From: a virus
Strand: one strand, 5' to 3'
IMG/VR virus record: IMGVR_UViG_3300021356_000014
Span: 2,630 to 66,629 of that record
DNA: 64,000 nucleotides
Numbering within the stretch: the stretch's first letter is position 1; each line of letters opens with the position of its first letter. The position numbers and the translations under genes are program-made. Under the pieces are notes generated by a model. It saw only the letters and a list, made by a program, of their open reading frames with translations. It was not told where the DNA came from and did not search any database. Shown one piece after another: positions 1 to 10,400 of this stretch.

Positions 1-6
1 AATAAT

Positions 7-279
7 ATGGCACGTACTATAACCATCAGAGGATTTAAAGGTAAACTCACTAAGGCTACTGCAAAAGGCAAGAAATGGAAGTTCACGTATACATATAAAG
101 GCAAGAAGCGATCCGTAAGCGCAGGAGCAAAAGGGTATAGCATATCGCCAGGCACTAAGAGAGGTAATAACTACTGCGCTAGAAGTGCAGGAATACCTAG
201 AAAGAAGGGGGGTGGAGTAAGTCCTAATGATGTCGCTAGATATATGTGGAAGTGTAGAGGTAAGAAATCTGTAATATAA
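7..279 (+). CDS. small highly basic phage protein (YCARS motif)
   Basis: 90 aa, K/R/G-rich, GNNYCARSAG...WKC motif that I recall from small phage proteins. Confidence 0.6.
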   Translation: MARTITIRGFKGKLTKATAKGKKWKFTYTYKGKKRSVSAGAKGYSISPGTKRGNNYCARSAGIPRKKGGGVSPNDVARYMWKCRGKKSVI

Positions 280-518
280 TGAAAGCATATGATGAATTAG
301 AAAGGGAGGCTCTTGAATTTATTCAAAATTTAGCTGATGTAGGCATCGAAGCGTTTGACGCTGATGCCTTCAAGCTATTTTGTGAGGAGTTTTTTGAGAA
401 TAGGGAGAAAGGTTTAGGATCAAAGGGTGGAGCGTTACATCCTAAAAAACGAGATACCAAGTTGGTAGTTAATGATATACTAGCTAAAAAAATTAGAATT
501 GATGAAGGAACTGTTTGA
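279..518 (+). CDS. hypothetical protein
   Basis: 79 aa ORF coupled to the upstream stop (TAATG). Confidence 0.6.
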   Translation: MKAYDELEREALEFIQNLADVGIEAFDADAFKLFCEEFFENREKGLGSKGGALHPKKRDTKLVVNDILAKKIRIDEGTV

Positions 519-948
519 TAATATTATAAAGGAGTATGCGTTGCATGAATCTCGTCCAGAGGTAGATAAAATTATTGATAGGTTTAATAATAAGTTTGAT
601 ACAAACTTAAATCCAGATGGGGATAAGACGGCTTGGTGTTCTATCTATCTAAATATGAAAGCTTTTGATTTAGGGTATGAGCATTCTGGCTCAGCTTTAG
701 CTCGCTCATGGATGCGAGTTGGTGATGTAGTCACCGATAATTGGCGAGATTTGTCTAATACGGATATGGGAGATGTAGTTATATTATGGCGCAAGCAAAA
801 GCGGGGAACTTTTGGTCATGTAGGCTTGTTAGTTACATATACTGATAAGTATGTATATTTATTAGGGGCTAATCAGAATAATGAAGTGAATATATCAAAG
901 TATGCGAGAAATAGAATATTGAGTGTGAACCGATTAAATAAGGTATAA
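499..948 (+). CDS. TIGR02594-like NlpC/P60/CHAP cysteine peptidase, candidate endolysin
   Basis: TAWCS (Cys), SALARSW, GDVVILWR, GHVG (His), LGANQNNEV motifs. Confidence 0.75.
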   Translation: MMKELFDNIIKEYALHESRPEVDKIIDRFNNKFDTNLNPDGDKTAWCSIYLNMKAFDLGYEHSGSALARSWMRVGDVVTDNWRDLSNTDMGDVVILWRKQKRGTFGHVGLLVTYTDKYVYLLGANQNNEVNISKYARNRILSVNRLNKV

Positions 949-1262
949 TGGAAGAGAGAGATATTGATTTACAGCTTTTAGAAAGGCATATCCGCCTTAT
1001 CAGAGAAACTTTCCCAAATGCCGTTCATATAGCTACTAAGGGTTCTTGCATCCGATTTGCTCTAGTCTTAAAGAACGTATTTTCTAAAGGTAAGATATTA
1101 TACGATCAAAATCATGCTATATTTGAGTTGCATGGAAGATATTTCGATATTACAGGGGAGATATCTATATTTCATAATAAGGACAATTTTCTGGAGTTAA
1201 CTACTGATAATTTTGGGATTGAGTTGATTGATGATTTATTAAAATTAAGATATGATAAGTAA
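948..1262 (+). CDS. hypothetical protein, possible papain-like Cys-His-Asp fold
   Basis: GSCIRFA, NHAI, YFDITG; coupled TAATG start. Confidence 0.5.
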   Translation: MEERDIDLQLLERHIRLIRETFPNAVHIATKGSCIRFALVLKNVFSKGKILYDQNHAIFELHGRYFDITGEISIFHNKDNFLELTTDNFGIELIDDLLKLRYDK

Positions 1263-1602
1263 AGATACGTTAGTGAAGTTCACTACTGATTGTATAATTT
1301 TAAAAGAGTTGTGTAATGATAATAATTTGTTGCAGACTAGTGAGACAATTCTTGAAACAGATTTGGCTAAAAGATTCTACAAAGAAATCTTAACTCAAAA
1401 TGCTAAGTCTTCGGTGTTAGCAGAATACAAAGGATTAAATTGGTATGAACTACTTTCTGATATTATTGAATTTGTTAAATTTGTAATTTCTAAATTCTTT
1501 AATGATAAGTCTGGGGAATACAAAAAGCCTACTTGGAGTAGTTGGCTATCTATAGGTGTAAAGCTAATTCGATTTGTTATTTTGTTTATTAAAAAGTATT
1601 AA
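1252..1602 (+). CDS. hypothetical protein with hydrophobic C-terminus
   Basis: 116 aa ORF in the operon; C-terminal WLSIGVKLIRFVILFI. Confidence 0.55.
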   Translation: MISKDTLVKFTTDCIILKELCNDNNLLQTSETILETDLAKRFYKEILTQNAKSSVLAEYKGLNWYELLSDIIEFVKFVISKFFNDKSGEYKKPTWSSWLSIGVKLIRFVILFIKKY

Positions 1603-2246
1603 TGCACTACACAAACAGATATGGCAGAAAGCAGAGTGGGTTATTTTGGACATTAAGAGAGTTATTAAAGGAGATCATGGTAGGTAAAGCAATTATAAAA
1701 GCATTTAAGCATATATTTAAGGATAAGAAGGCCATATATAAATATCCTGACCGTATTCTAGTTGAGAAGGTTAATAAATATATAAAGGCTAACTGTAAAG
1801 GTGTAAATACTAAGTTAGGGTATACTGAGTTCAGAAGGATAAAAGATAACTATTTCTCTATGACTGCGGAGAGTGAGGAATTTATTGATAACCATTCTTT
1901 TGCTTCTGAGATTATGCAAGTGTACTCAGATGCTTTAGCTGTAAGCCTAGATCATTTATATGATATGCTAGAGAATGAGGAGTTATCTGGTACTTCTTAT
2001 AAGAAGTATGAAACACTGATTGAGAGATTACAGAAGTATATAGATTCTATAGATCGGCCAGATGATACACGCAGTGCTAACAGTATGCCTACCATCAATC
2101 TAAACTTATCTGTTCCTAAAGGATTGCAAATGGTTACTTCGGAATCTCAGATGTTAGAGATAGAGGGTAAAACGCTAGAATCACTGGAAACGCTAGAAAC
2201 GCTAGATTTAGAAACGCCAAACGGTAACGCTAACGCTAATGAATAG
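1602..2246 (+). CDS. hypothetical protein, candidate terminase small subunit
   Basis: Helical 214 aa ORF upstream of TerL; the assignment is positional only. Confidence 0.4.
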   Translation: MHYTNRYGRKQSGLFWTLRELLKEIMVGKAIIKAFKHIFKDKKAIYKYPDRILVEKVNKYIKANCKGVNTKLGYTEFRRIKDNYFSMTAESEEFIDNHSFASEIMQVYSDALAVSLDHLYDMLENEELSGTSYKKYETLIERLQKYIDSIDRPDDTRSANSMPTINLNLSVPKGLQMVTSESQMLEIEGKTLESLETLETLDLETPNGNANANE

Positions 2247-2598
2247 TAACGCTAACGAAACGGTAAATATATATAGAGGTAACGTTACTAACGTTTATGA
2301 TGCAGACAGTATAACGCTAGAATTGCGTTTAGGTTTTGGTATCGTTTTACAGAACTTTAAGTTGCGTTTAGCTAGAATAGATGCTCCTGAGATTAGAGGG
2401 TCTAGCAGAGAGCTAGGTATAATAGGTAGAGATGCTTTAAGAGCCTTAATACTAAATAAAGAGGTAGAGATACTATTTATAAAAAAGGGTAAGTATGGAA
2501 GGCATATTTGCGAGGTTATGGTAGAATATAATAATCAATTTATAAATATTTCTGATTGGTTATTAGATAATAATTTTGCGGATGAATATACATACTAG
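2239..2598 (+). CDS. thermonuclease (SNase-like) family protein
   Basis: VYDADSI, LRLARIDAPEIRG, KGKYGR motifs. Confidence 0.8.
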   Translation: MNSNANETVNIYRGNVTNVYDADSITLELRLGFGIVLQNFKLRLARIDAPEIRGSSRELGIIGRDALRALILNKEVEILFIKKGKYGRHICEVMVEYNNQFINISDWLLDNNFADEYTY

Positions 2599-2986
2599 GA
2601 TGTCGGAGGAGGATTTAAAATGGGTTAGTGCTGAGAGAGGTATCTATATATTTTGGATTGGTATTTATTTCTATATTGGACACTCTACAAATATTAGGAG
2701 GAGATTAAGAAGACATCTCTCTATGATGAAGAACGGTAAACACTATAACAGACAAATACAAAAAGCATGGGATGATGATAGGGATTTTCAGTTTAGTATT
2801 TTACACTATTTTGATTTTGAGGCAAGTAAGGAGTTGCTTTTTCATTGGGAACAAAAGTTCTTAGATTTATTCGCTTCACATATAAACTGCTTGAATGTAA
2901 GCAAGGTAGCTGATTCAATACATTATAAGATTAGAAAACAGAAAAAGGCCAGAAAAGGTATTATTGACCAGAGGGATTTTATATGA
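2576..2986 (+). CDS. GIY-YIG endonuclease (free-standing homing endonuclease-like)
   Basis: RGIY...FYIGHSTNIRRRLRRH, HYN..Q, EQKFLD, LN; adjacent to terL. Confidence 0.85.
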   Translation: MRMNIHTRMSEEDLKWVSAERGIYIFWIGIYFYIGHSTNIRRRLRRHLSMMKNGKHYNRQIQKAWDDDRDFQFSILHYFDFEASKELLFHWEQKFLDLFASHINCLNVSKVADSIHYKIRKQKKARKGIIDQRDFI

Positions 2987-4233
2987 GTACTAAAAAAGAT
3001 ATACCTATAACTACTGAAACATTAGTAGGAGAATTTTCTAAAGTGTTTTGGCAATTAACTGCAAGCAGAGATCAAGGATACCGAGTAACTGTATTACAAG
3101 GGGGTACAAGTAGCGGTAAGACTTATGCAGCTATGCAGTATATATTATTGCAGTGTATTACAAAACCTAATTATTTAGTTACAGTTGTAGCAAGTAGTTA
3201 CCCTATTTTAAGAGTAGGTGCGTTACAGGACGCTCAAACTATTGTTAGTAATAGTATACATATATCAAAGTTTATAAAACAGTTTAATAAATCTACTAAT
3301 ACCTACTTCTTTAACAACGGCTCAAAACTAGAATTTAGGTCATTAGATAGCGGAGAACACGCTAAGGCAGGTAAGCGTTCGCTTTTATTTGTCAATGAGA
3401 TTACTAGCGTACCTGAAGAGATTGTAAATGAGTTATTGATTAGAAGTAATGATGGAGCTATATTTGATTACAATCCTACGGCTCAATTTTATGTACATAC
3501 TAATTTTGTACCAAGAGAGGACACACAATTATTAATTTCTACCTACAGAGATAATCAATTTGTAAGTCAAGCAGTGGTAGAGGAAATTGAAAAACTTAGG
3601 ACTACTAATCCTAATAGGTATCGTGTATATGGGTTAGGGTTAACAGGGGCTACAGATGATGTTATATATAGTAATATAGAATGGGTATTTCCTGAAAAGT
3701 TCCCTGAAGCTTCCTTACTCGATAAATATGCATTTGCGTTAGATTACGGATTCTCAAAAGACCCTACTGCAATTTTAGAATGTGGGATATATAATAATAA
3801 ACTATTTGCTAGACTACACACGTATAGCAAGAATCTAAAATTGCAAGATATTGTAGACGAATTTAAAAGAATTGGTATAAGTAGGAGGGATGAGATAATT
3901 ATGGATTACAGTCATGCTCAGGAGCAGAAAGTTATTCTTGAAAGGCAATATGGATATAATATCATAAAGGCTCGTAGAGGTAGAGGGGATATAGTATCAG
4001 GTATATCACTACTACAAGAACAATCCCTAGTATTATGTGATGACAAAGACAAAAATCTATTAAAAGAAACTAGAAATTATACTTGGAAGAAGAGAGGAGG
4101 CATAGTAACAGATAAACCTGTAGATGATTATAATCACGCCTTAGATGCTTTAAGATACTATGCGTTAGAGAAGCTAGGTAAGCCTTCTTTAGGTAAATAC
4201 AAGTATAATGATAATCCTATATTTACATTTTAA
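2983..4233 (+). CDS. terL: terminase large subunit (PBSX-like)
   Basis: Walker A QGGTSSGKT, Walker B LFVNE, DYNP, STYRDN; nuclease domain LDYGFSKDP and DDYNHALDALRY. Confidence 0.93.
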   Translation: MSTKKDIPITTETLVGEFSKVFWQLTASRDQGYRVTVLQGGTSSGKTYAAMQYILLQCITKPNYLVTVVASSYPILRVGALQDAQTIVSNSIHISKFIKQFNKSTNTYFFNNGSKLEFRSLDSGEHAKAGKRSLLFVNEITSVPEEIVNELLIRSNDGAIFDYNPTAQFYVHTNFVPREDTQLLISTYRDNQFVSQAVVEEIEKLRTTNPNRYRVYGLGLTGATDDVIYSNIEWVFPEKFPEASLLDKYAFALDYGFSKDPTAILECGIYNNKLFARLHTYSKNLKLQDIVDEFKRIGISRRDEIIMDYSHAQEQKVILERQYGYNIIKARRGRGDIVSGISLLQEQSLVLCDDKDKNLLKETRNYTWKKRGGIVTDKPVDDYNHALDALRYYALEKLGKPSLGKYKYNDNPIFTF

Positions 4234-4253
4234 AAAATTATTTTATAATAATT

Positions 4254-4856
4254 ATGGCAAGCTTACAAAGTGTTATTGAAAAAAGTGAGAGTATGTTTAA
4301 GTATAAGCAGTTATATGAAATTGCTTTATCCTTATCAAAAATAGAATCTCATTTAGAAAGAAGAAAGCAGACTGCTGCATTAGTACAAATTTTTGCAGGT
4401 CTTAGTAGAGTATTTCCAGATGAGCAAGGGTTATTAGGCAGCCTACAAGCACATAGGGATATTAATTTAAAACATATAAATAAGTACGGTCTATTACGTG
4501 AAGACAGTAAAAAAAGACCTGTAAAATTTATATCTACAGACCCAAAAAAATTAGAGCCTCAGCATATTAGAGATGCTAAAGGTTGTGAAACTTGCGGCAC
4601 TAGGCATAAAAATAAGAAGGTAGTAGAGCCTACGAAACCTACTAAAAAATACATAGCTAAAAAGCAAGGAATTACAACTTCTTTTGAAACTTTTTCTCCT
4701 AAAAGTGAACGACAAGTTTTAGATACTTTTGGGAATAATAGTTCGGCAATGAGGGAGTTCTGTAAATTAAATGATATTCCTGTTAGGAATACTCAAGACC
4801 TAGACAAGTTAGCGTCTTTAATATTTACGTTTTATAAGAACTTAAATAAGAATTAA
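4254..4856 (+). CDS. hypothetical protein
   Basis: 200 aa ORF with a CxxC pair, AT-rich leader. Confidence 0.65.
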   Translation: MASLQSVIEKSESMFKYKQLYEIALSLSKIESHLERRKQTAALVQIFAGLSRVFPDEQGLLGSLQAHRDINLKHINKYGLLREDSKKRPVKFISTDPKKLEPQHIRDAKGCETCGTRHKNKKVVEPTKPTKKYIAKKQGITTSFETFSPKSERQVLDTFGNNSSAMREFCKLNDIPVRNTQDLDKLASLIFTFYKNLNKN

Positions 4857-5662
4857 TGTTATTTACTTTAACATACAAGGATAAGGATTATGATTTTTAT
4901 CTCCCCTATGATGCAGGGGAGATAAAATACTCTCAGTATATAGATTACATTACACTAAAGAAAAAGTATTTTTCTATTGATGAAGACACTAATGAAATGT
5001 CATTAAAAAATGATGATGAGTACATACCTTATTTGATAGAAGCTATACAAGTAATATGTGGGGAGGGAGAATATTGGAAAGATATACCTATTTCAGAGCC
5101 TTCTGATTTAGATATTATAGAAGATGTAGAATATTTCTTTGACTATGAAAGAGAGGATTTAACTATATATAAACTATACACACATATAAATAATGTACTG
5201 ACTAATCCAGATATACCAGAAGTAGATAGTACATACGGTATAAAGTATAAGGGAGAGGAATACTTCCTAAATTACAATGAGGTAGTAGGAACTTTTTTGG
5301 GAAAAGATATGAAATACAATACTGGAGAGGTATTAACAATATTAGAATCTCAAAGATTAGGGAATCAAGCTATTGAAAGACATGGAGACCCTAATGGCAG
5401 CATTGAATTTACCGTATCTCTAAATGAGATGGCGGTTCTATTACGTAAAAAGGGGGAAGTATTACCTTCTAGTAAGCAGGATAGAGATAAATTTATCAAT
5501 AGCAGGTCTGCTTTGTTTGCGGACTTGCCTATGGATGTTGTATTTATCTGTAAAGGATTTTTTTTTGCTATTTTGACAGATTATCTAACACAAACGCATA
5601 CAAGTTCTTCTTTAAAGGAAAGCCACGACAAGGTAAAAGTGCTGCGGAAAATAGAAGTATAA
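4856..5662 (+). CDS. tail assembly chaperone (gpG-like); -1 frameshift product extends to 5841
   Basis: T9 run at 5558-5566 (GGA TTT TTT TTT); the -1 frame stays open to TGA 5839-5841, which overlaps the next ATG. Confidence 0.7.
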   Translation: MLFTLTYKDKDYDFYLPYDAGEIKYSQYIDYITLKKKYFSIDEDTNEMSLKNDDEYIPYLIEAIQVICGEGEYWKDIPISEPSDLDIIEDVEYFFDYEREDLTIYKLYTHINNVLTNPDIPEVDSTYGIKYKGEEYFLNYNEVVGTFLGKDMKYNTGEVLTILESQRLGNQAIERHGDPNGSIEFTVSLNEMAVLLRKKGEVLPSSKQDRDKFINSRSALFADLPMDVVFICKGFFFAILTDYLTQTHTSSSLKESHDKVKVLRKIEV

Positions 5663-5837
5663 GAGAATCAGAGGAAGAGCAAAAACTTATTTTCAAAGAA
5701 GTAGGATGGAATATGGTATATGAAAGTATAATTGATAGTAAGTGGTTTGAAAGTTCAAAGCAAACTCCTTTTGACTCAGCATTTTACAGTAATTTTGAGG
5801 ATGCTATTTTTAATTTAAGTAACAAAATCGCTACACA

Positions 5838-6458
5838 ATGAGTTGTTTAACTTGTGATTGCAGTTCTGAATATAGTCTAACTTCTACAAGACAAATATTA
5901 ATAGAATTAAAAGATTATGTCAAAAATTTTAGGTATGACCAACTAAGAAGGTTAAATACCTTCGCAGTAATTCGAGATGGCAGTTTTTTTGATAATAACG
6001 ATAATACTAGAAATAAAGAGGCCGCCTCTGATGGAAAGTTCTGGAATAGAACATGGCATGACAACCTAAAAAACGCTAACTTCATAGATGTAGAGTATGG
6101 CCTTCTAGCAATAGAATTTGGAGATGTAATTGTAAATAATTTAGAGGAGTGTGATGGTAAACTAGAAGCATATATTATCATTGCAGATAGCCCTACTAGA
6201 GATAATGAAGTTGAGCCTGAAGTTCTGTATGAGTTTCTTCAAGATGTAGGTATTGATGTTTATAGTACATTAAAAACCAGATTCTATAATGCTATACATC
6301 CTAATACACAATTTAAAATAAGAAGGGTTGACCCTGAGATGGTGGATAATTTGGCGGCAGTAATGATAAACATAGTATTTTATTATAACATTAATAGTAG
6401 GGGTTATAGCGATTTGGATGTAAAAACCCCTATATCAACAGGATATGCAAATGGCTAA
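5838..6458 (+). CDS. hypothetical structural protein (possible tail terminator/completion)
   Basis: 206 aa ORF in the tail module; positional inference. Confidence 0.5.
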   Translation: MSCLTCDCSSEYSLTSTRQILIELKDYVKNFRYDQLRRLNTFAVIRDGSFFDNNDNTRNKEAASDGKFWNRTWHDNLKNANFIDVEYGLLAIEFGDVIVNNLEECDGKLEAYIIIADSPTRDNEVEPEVLYEFLQDVGIDVYSTLKTRFYNAIHPNTQFKIRRVDPEMVDNLAAVMINIVFYYNINSRGYSDLDVKTPISTGYANG

Positions 6459-6561
6459 AAGAAATGTAAAACCTAAAGCAGGTAAAAAAGGAGGAAAGAA
6501 ATTTATTAAAACTACTACATCCGTTAAAAAGCAGCCTAAAAAGGGGTGTGGATGTACCTAA
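6451..6561 (+). CDS. tiny Lys-rich peptide (36 aa), absent from the ORF track
   Basis: MAKRNVKPKAGKKGGKKFIKTTTSVKKQPKKGCGCT; start overlaps the upstream ORF end. Confidence 0.55.
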   Translation: MAKRNVKPKAGKKGGKKFIKTTTSVKKQPKKGCGCT

Positions 6562-6571
6562 ATTATTTATT

Positions 6572-6664
6572 ATGCCTTATCAAAGCACAAAAAAGAAGAA
6601 GAAACGATGTACTACTAATAAAAACGGTACAAAAACTTGTAAAACTAAAACAAGAAAAAGATGA
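6572..6664 (+). CDS. tiny Lys/Thr-rich peptide (30 aa), absent from the ORF track
   Basis: MPYQSTKKKKKRCTTNKNGTKTCKTKTRKR; ATGA overlap with ORF 6661. Confidence 0.55.
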   Translation: MPYQSTKKKKKRCTTNKNGTKTCKTKTRKR

Positions 6665-6843
6665 AAGTAGTAACAAAAATAAGCGCATTAATTATTACAG
6701 CCTGTATAATGGCTATAATGGCTAGATTTATTCTGATGGTAAGACCTATTGACCCTATAATTTTTTATTGCTTATCTTTCATTTGGGTATCATTTTCGAT
6801 AGCCATATTACAGAATATACCAAAAGCTTTTAAAAATGTCTAG
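6661..6843 (+). CDS. small two-TM membrane protein
   Basis: Two hydrophobic stretches in 60 aa. Confidence 0.55.
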   Translation: MKVVTKISALIITACIMAIMARFILMVRPIDPIIFYCLSFIWVSFSIAILQNIPKAFKNV

Positions 6844-7378
6844 GCTTGCTAAACGTATTTTATTAAAACGTTTAAATAGAGTAGGTAGTGATCTTGTTTC
6901 AAGGGTAAAAAACGAGTTAAAAGAACAAGGCCATGTAGCTACTGGGGATTTATTAGATAGTATAGAGTATGAGGTAAAAGTCACTAAAAATGGGTATGTC
7001 ATAAATATACTAGCAGAAGACCCTAAAGCTACTTTTATAGATGAAGGAGTAGCCGCAGATAAAATAAAAATAGGTAGAGATTACATTCAAGGGTTAACTG
7101 ATTGGTTAGAGATAGTTAAACCTTCTTTAAGTATAAAAGAAAGAACGAAAGTAGCCTTTGCTATTGCAATAACTTCTAAACGTGAAGGCACTCCTACTAT
7201 AAACGCTTTTCGATACTCGAATAATGGTCGAAGAACTGGATTTATTAGTAGATTTGAAGATGAGTTTGAGGGTAATTTGGATACCATATCTAAAGCATTA
7301 AACATAGTTGATATTGGGGAATCAATAATTAGGGATGCTTTTAAAAATCTAAAAAACCCTTTCCGAAAAAACTTTTGA
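6836..7378 (+). CDS. HK97 gp10-like tail completion protein
   Basis: ATGDLLDSIEYEV, FIDEG, AFAIA..REG motifs; directly before the tape measure gene. Confidence 0.65.
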   Translation: MSRLAKRILLKRLNRVGSDLVSRVKNELKEQGHVATGDLLDSIEYEVKVTKNGYVINILAEDPKATFIDEGVAADKIKIGRDYIQGLTDWLEIVKPSLSIKERTKVAFAIAITSKREGTPTINAFRYSNNGRRTGFISRFEDEFEGNLDTISKALNIVDIGESIIRDAFKNLKNPFRKNF

Positions 7379-7438
7379 TAATATTATCAATGTTTAAGTA
7401 AAAGGTGGTCTAGTATTGGCCACCTTTTATTATATTTG
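7375..7438 (+). promoter_or_regulatory. putative late promoter: palindromic box, hairpin and TAnnTTTG
   Basis: TTGATAATATTATCAA 7375-7390, stem-loop 7399-7429, TATATTTG at 7431. Confidence 0.6.
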
Positions 7439-7454
7439 GGTAAATTTATATATA

Positions 7455-10400
7455 ATGGCAAATGAGATAAAATTAAGGATAAATATAGAAACAAATCAAA
7501 GGTTTGGTGTTTTAGCAGAAAACTTTGATAAATTATCTAAGTCACTAAGACTTATTGGTAAAACTACAGGAACTACGGCTCAGAAGTTTAAAGATATTGA
7601 AGCTGCTTTAAATAGATACGTGTTATCTAGCAAAAACACCATTAGTTCTGCGGGGGCATTACAAGCAGCTAATACCTTATTAACTAAGTCCTTAGAACAA
7701 CAAAAACAAGAGGCTTTAAAGAGTAGTGATGCGTATACTAAGTTATCAGCATCTTTAAGAAATACTAAGCAGGAAATAAATGAGAATGTAAAGGCACAAC
7801 AACTTCAATTAAATATAAACAGAAAAGCTGACGGAAGTATAGATAAACTGAAACTACAACTAAGAAAACTTAGAGAGGAGTATAGTAAGTTAAGTACAAG
7901 TCAGAGAGAAGGGTTAGAAGGTCTTAACATAAGGGATCAAGCTAAACAGATAGGAGGAGAATTAACAGCCGCTAATACCTTATTAAATAAGTCCATAGAA
8001 GAACAAAAACAAGAGGTTTTAAAGAGTAGTGATGCTTATACTAAGTTATCAGCATCTTTAAGAAATACTAAGCAAGAAATAAATGAGAATGTAAAGGCAC
8101 AACAACTTCAATTAAATATAAACAGAAAAGCCGACGGAAGTATAGATAAACTGAAACTACAACTAAGACAACTTAGAGAAGAGTATAGTAAGTTAAGTAC
8201 CAGTCAGAGAGAGGGGTTAGAAGGCTTTGATATAAGGTTTAAAGCTAAACAGATAGGAGAAGATATAAAGAAAGCAAATGATGAGTTCACAGAAGCTACA
8301 AAAGGATTTGATGATAATTCTAAAAAATCAGTAGGTGCATTTCAAAGATTAGGGTTAGGTTCATTAGGTGCGATAGCAGCTTTTGAAGGGCTTAGAAGGT
8401 CTATTGTAAGGGTAGGAGAAACTTTAGGTGAATTTGAGCGTAACATATCTATACTTGGAGCTGTAACAGGGGAATTTGAAGATGGACTTCCAACTCAAAA
8501 ACTAACAGATTTAGAAACAACGATAAAAGATTTAGGTGCGACTACTCAATTTACGGCTTCTGATGTAGCGTCCTTAGCTACCGAGTTAGCAAGGTTAGGA
8601 TTTAATACTGAGCAAATTGATGCTACCTTAGGTAACGTATTGAACTTAGCACTTATTGCAGGCGAAAGCACGAGTAGAGCCGCAGAAGTTTTAGGTTCTA
8701 CTATAAATGCGTTCGGTTTAGAATTTACTGAGGCTACTAGGGTAGTGGATTTATTAGCTAAAGCATTTTCTAGTTCTGCATTAGATTTAACTAAATTTGA
8801 TGTAGCGGTAGGTACAGTTGGTGCGGTTGCGAAACAAGCTGGGATTGAGATTGAGGAGGTTGCAGCGGTTATGGGTGTCTTATCTAATGCGGGTTTTGAT
8901 GCTTCTATTGCGGCTACTGCGTTTAGAAATATATTAATTAGAAGTGCTGAGGCGGGTAAAGATTATAGACAAGCTTTATCTGAGGTATCAGATGCTACTA
9001 ACTCTACTTTAAAAGCCTTTGAGTTATTCGGTGTAAGGGGTGCGCCTCAAGCGACTGTAATTGCAGATGCCTTTGACTCTGGTGAAATAAATAAATTAGC
9101 CGCAGATTTTAGAAAGGCTCAAGAGGATGCGTTTAGTACTGAGGCTGTAGGATTTATAGAGCAAGATTTTCAGTCGGCTATAAATGAGTTTAAGTCTGCC
9201 TTAGAAGGTCTTACGATTACTATAGGGGAGGTCTTATCTCCTGTTATGACAGATTTACTATCATTAACTACATCAGTATTACAAGGGTTTAGAGGATTCT
9301 ATACAACTATAGGTGAAGGATTAGGCATTATAGAAAGTACATCTGATGAGGTAAAGGAATTTAATGCGGCAGTTAAAATATCAACGGTTTTAATTGGTAT
9401 ATTTAGTACTTCATTACTATTTACTACTGGCCGAGCGATTTTCCCTTTTGTTAGTTCGTTAGCTGCTAGTGTAATCAGCTTGTTCAGTATGCAAGGGGCT
9501 TTAGTAGCAACTTCTGGGGCTTTAGGCGTATTTAGATTTGCTTTGGCATCGACTGGGATTGGAGCATTAGTTATTGCGGTAGGTTTCTTGATTGCAGCAT
9601 TGATTGAAGCAGGCATAGCTTTAGCACAAGGTAAGAAAAATGTAAATATATTTGGTAAAGCACTAAGAGATGTTGGTAATGTATTAAGAGTTATATTCTT
9701 ATTTGTTGAAGGTGTTTTTAGAACTATTGGGGCAGTATTTTTAGTACTTACAGGTCAAGTTAGAAGGGCTGAAAAGTCTATGGAAAACTTTGGTAAAAAA
9801 GTTAGGGATGTAACAAATGATATAAAGGGATTAAAGGAGGAAGCAAAAATAGAAATTACCTTTGACGATAAATTACTAATTAGTAAACTTGCAGAAAGTC
9901 AGATAAAAGCAGAAATAGCTAAATTAGATGAGCAGATAGAACCCTTAAAGATAAAGGCTAGATTTGACCCTATTAATCAGACAGAAGCTAAGTCGCAATT
10001 AGAAGCACTAGATAAGCAGCGTAAATTATTTCAAGAGGAGTTAGCTAGAAGAGAGGCAGCTAGGTCTAAGCAAATAGCAGATGAAGCTTTTTCGAGAACC
10101 TTAGCAGGATTAAAGGAGGAGCAGAAAAAATTAAGAGAGGAACTAGAGCAAACTGACCCCTTGAGTGCTGCATTTGAAACCACTTTAGCTAGGCTAAGAA
10201 GAGTTGAAAGAGAAATAAAGAAAATTAATGATAGAATAGCAAATACTACTAAAACAGCATTAGAGATATTTACATCAAATTTAAAAGAGAATAAGAAAGC
10301 GTTAGATAATCTTATATTTTCTGGAGGTAATTATGATAATATCTTAAAAAAAGTTACAGAATCTCAAACAAGATATAATCAATTTCAAGCGGATTCTAAG

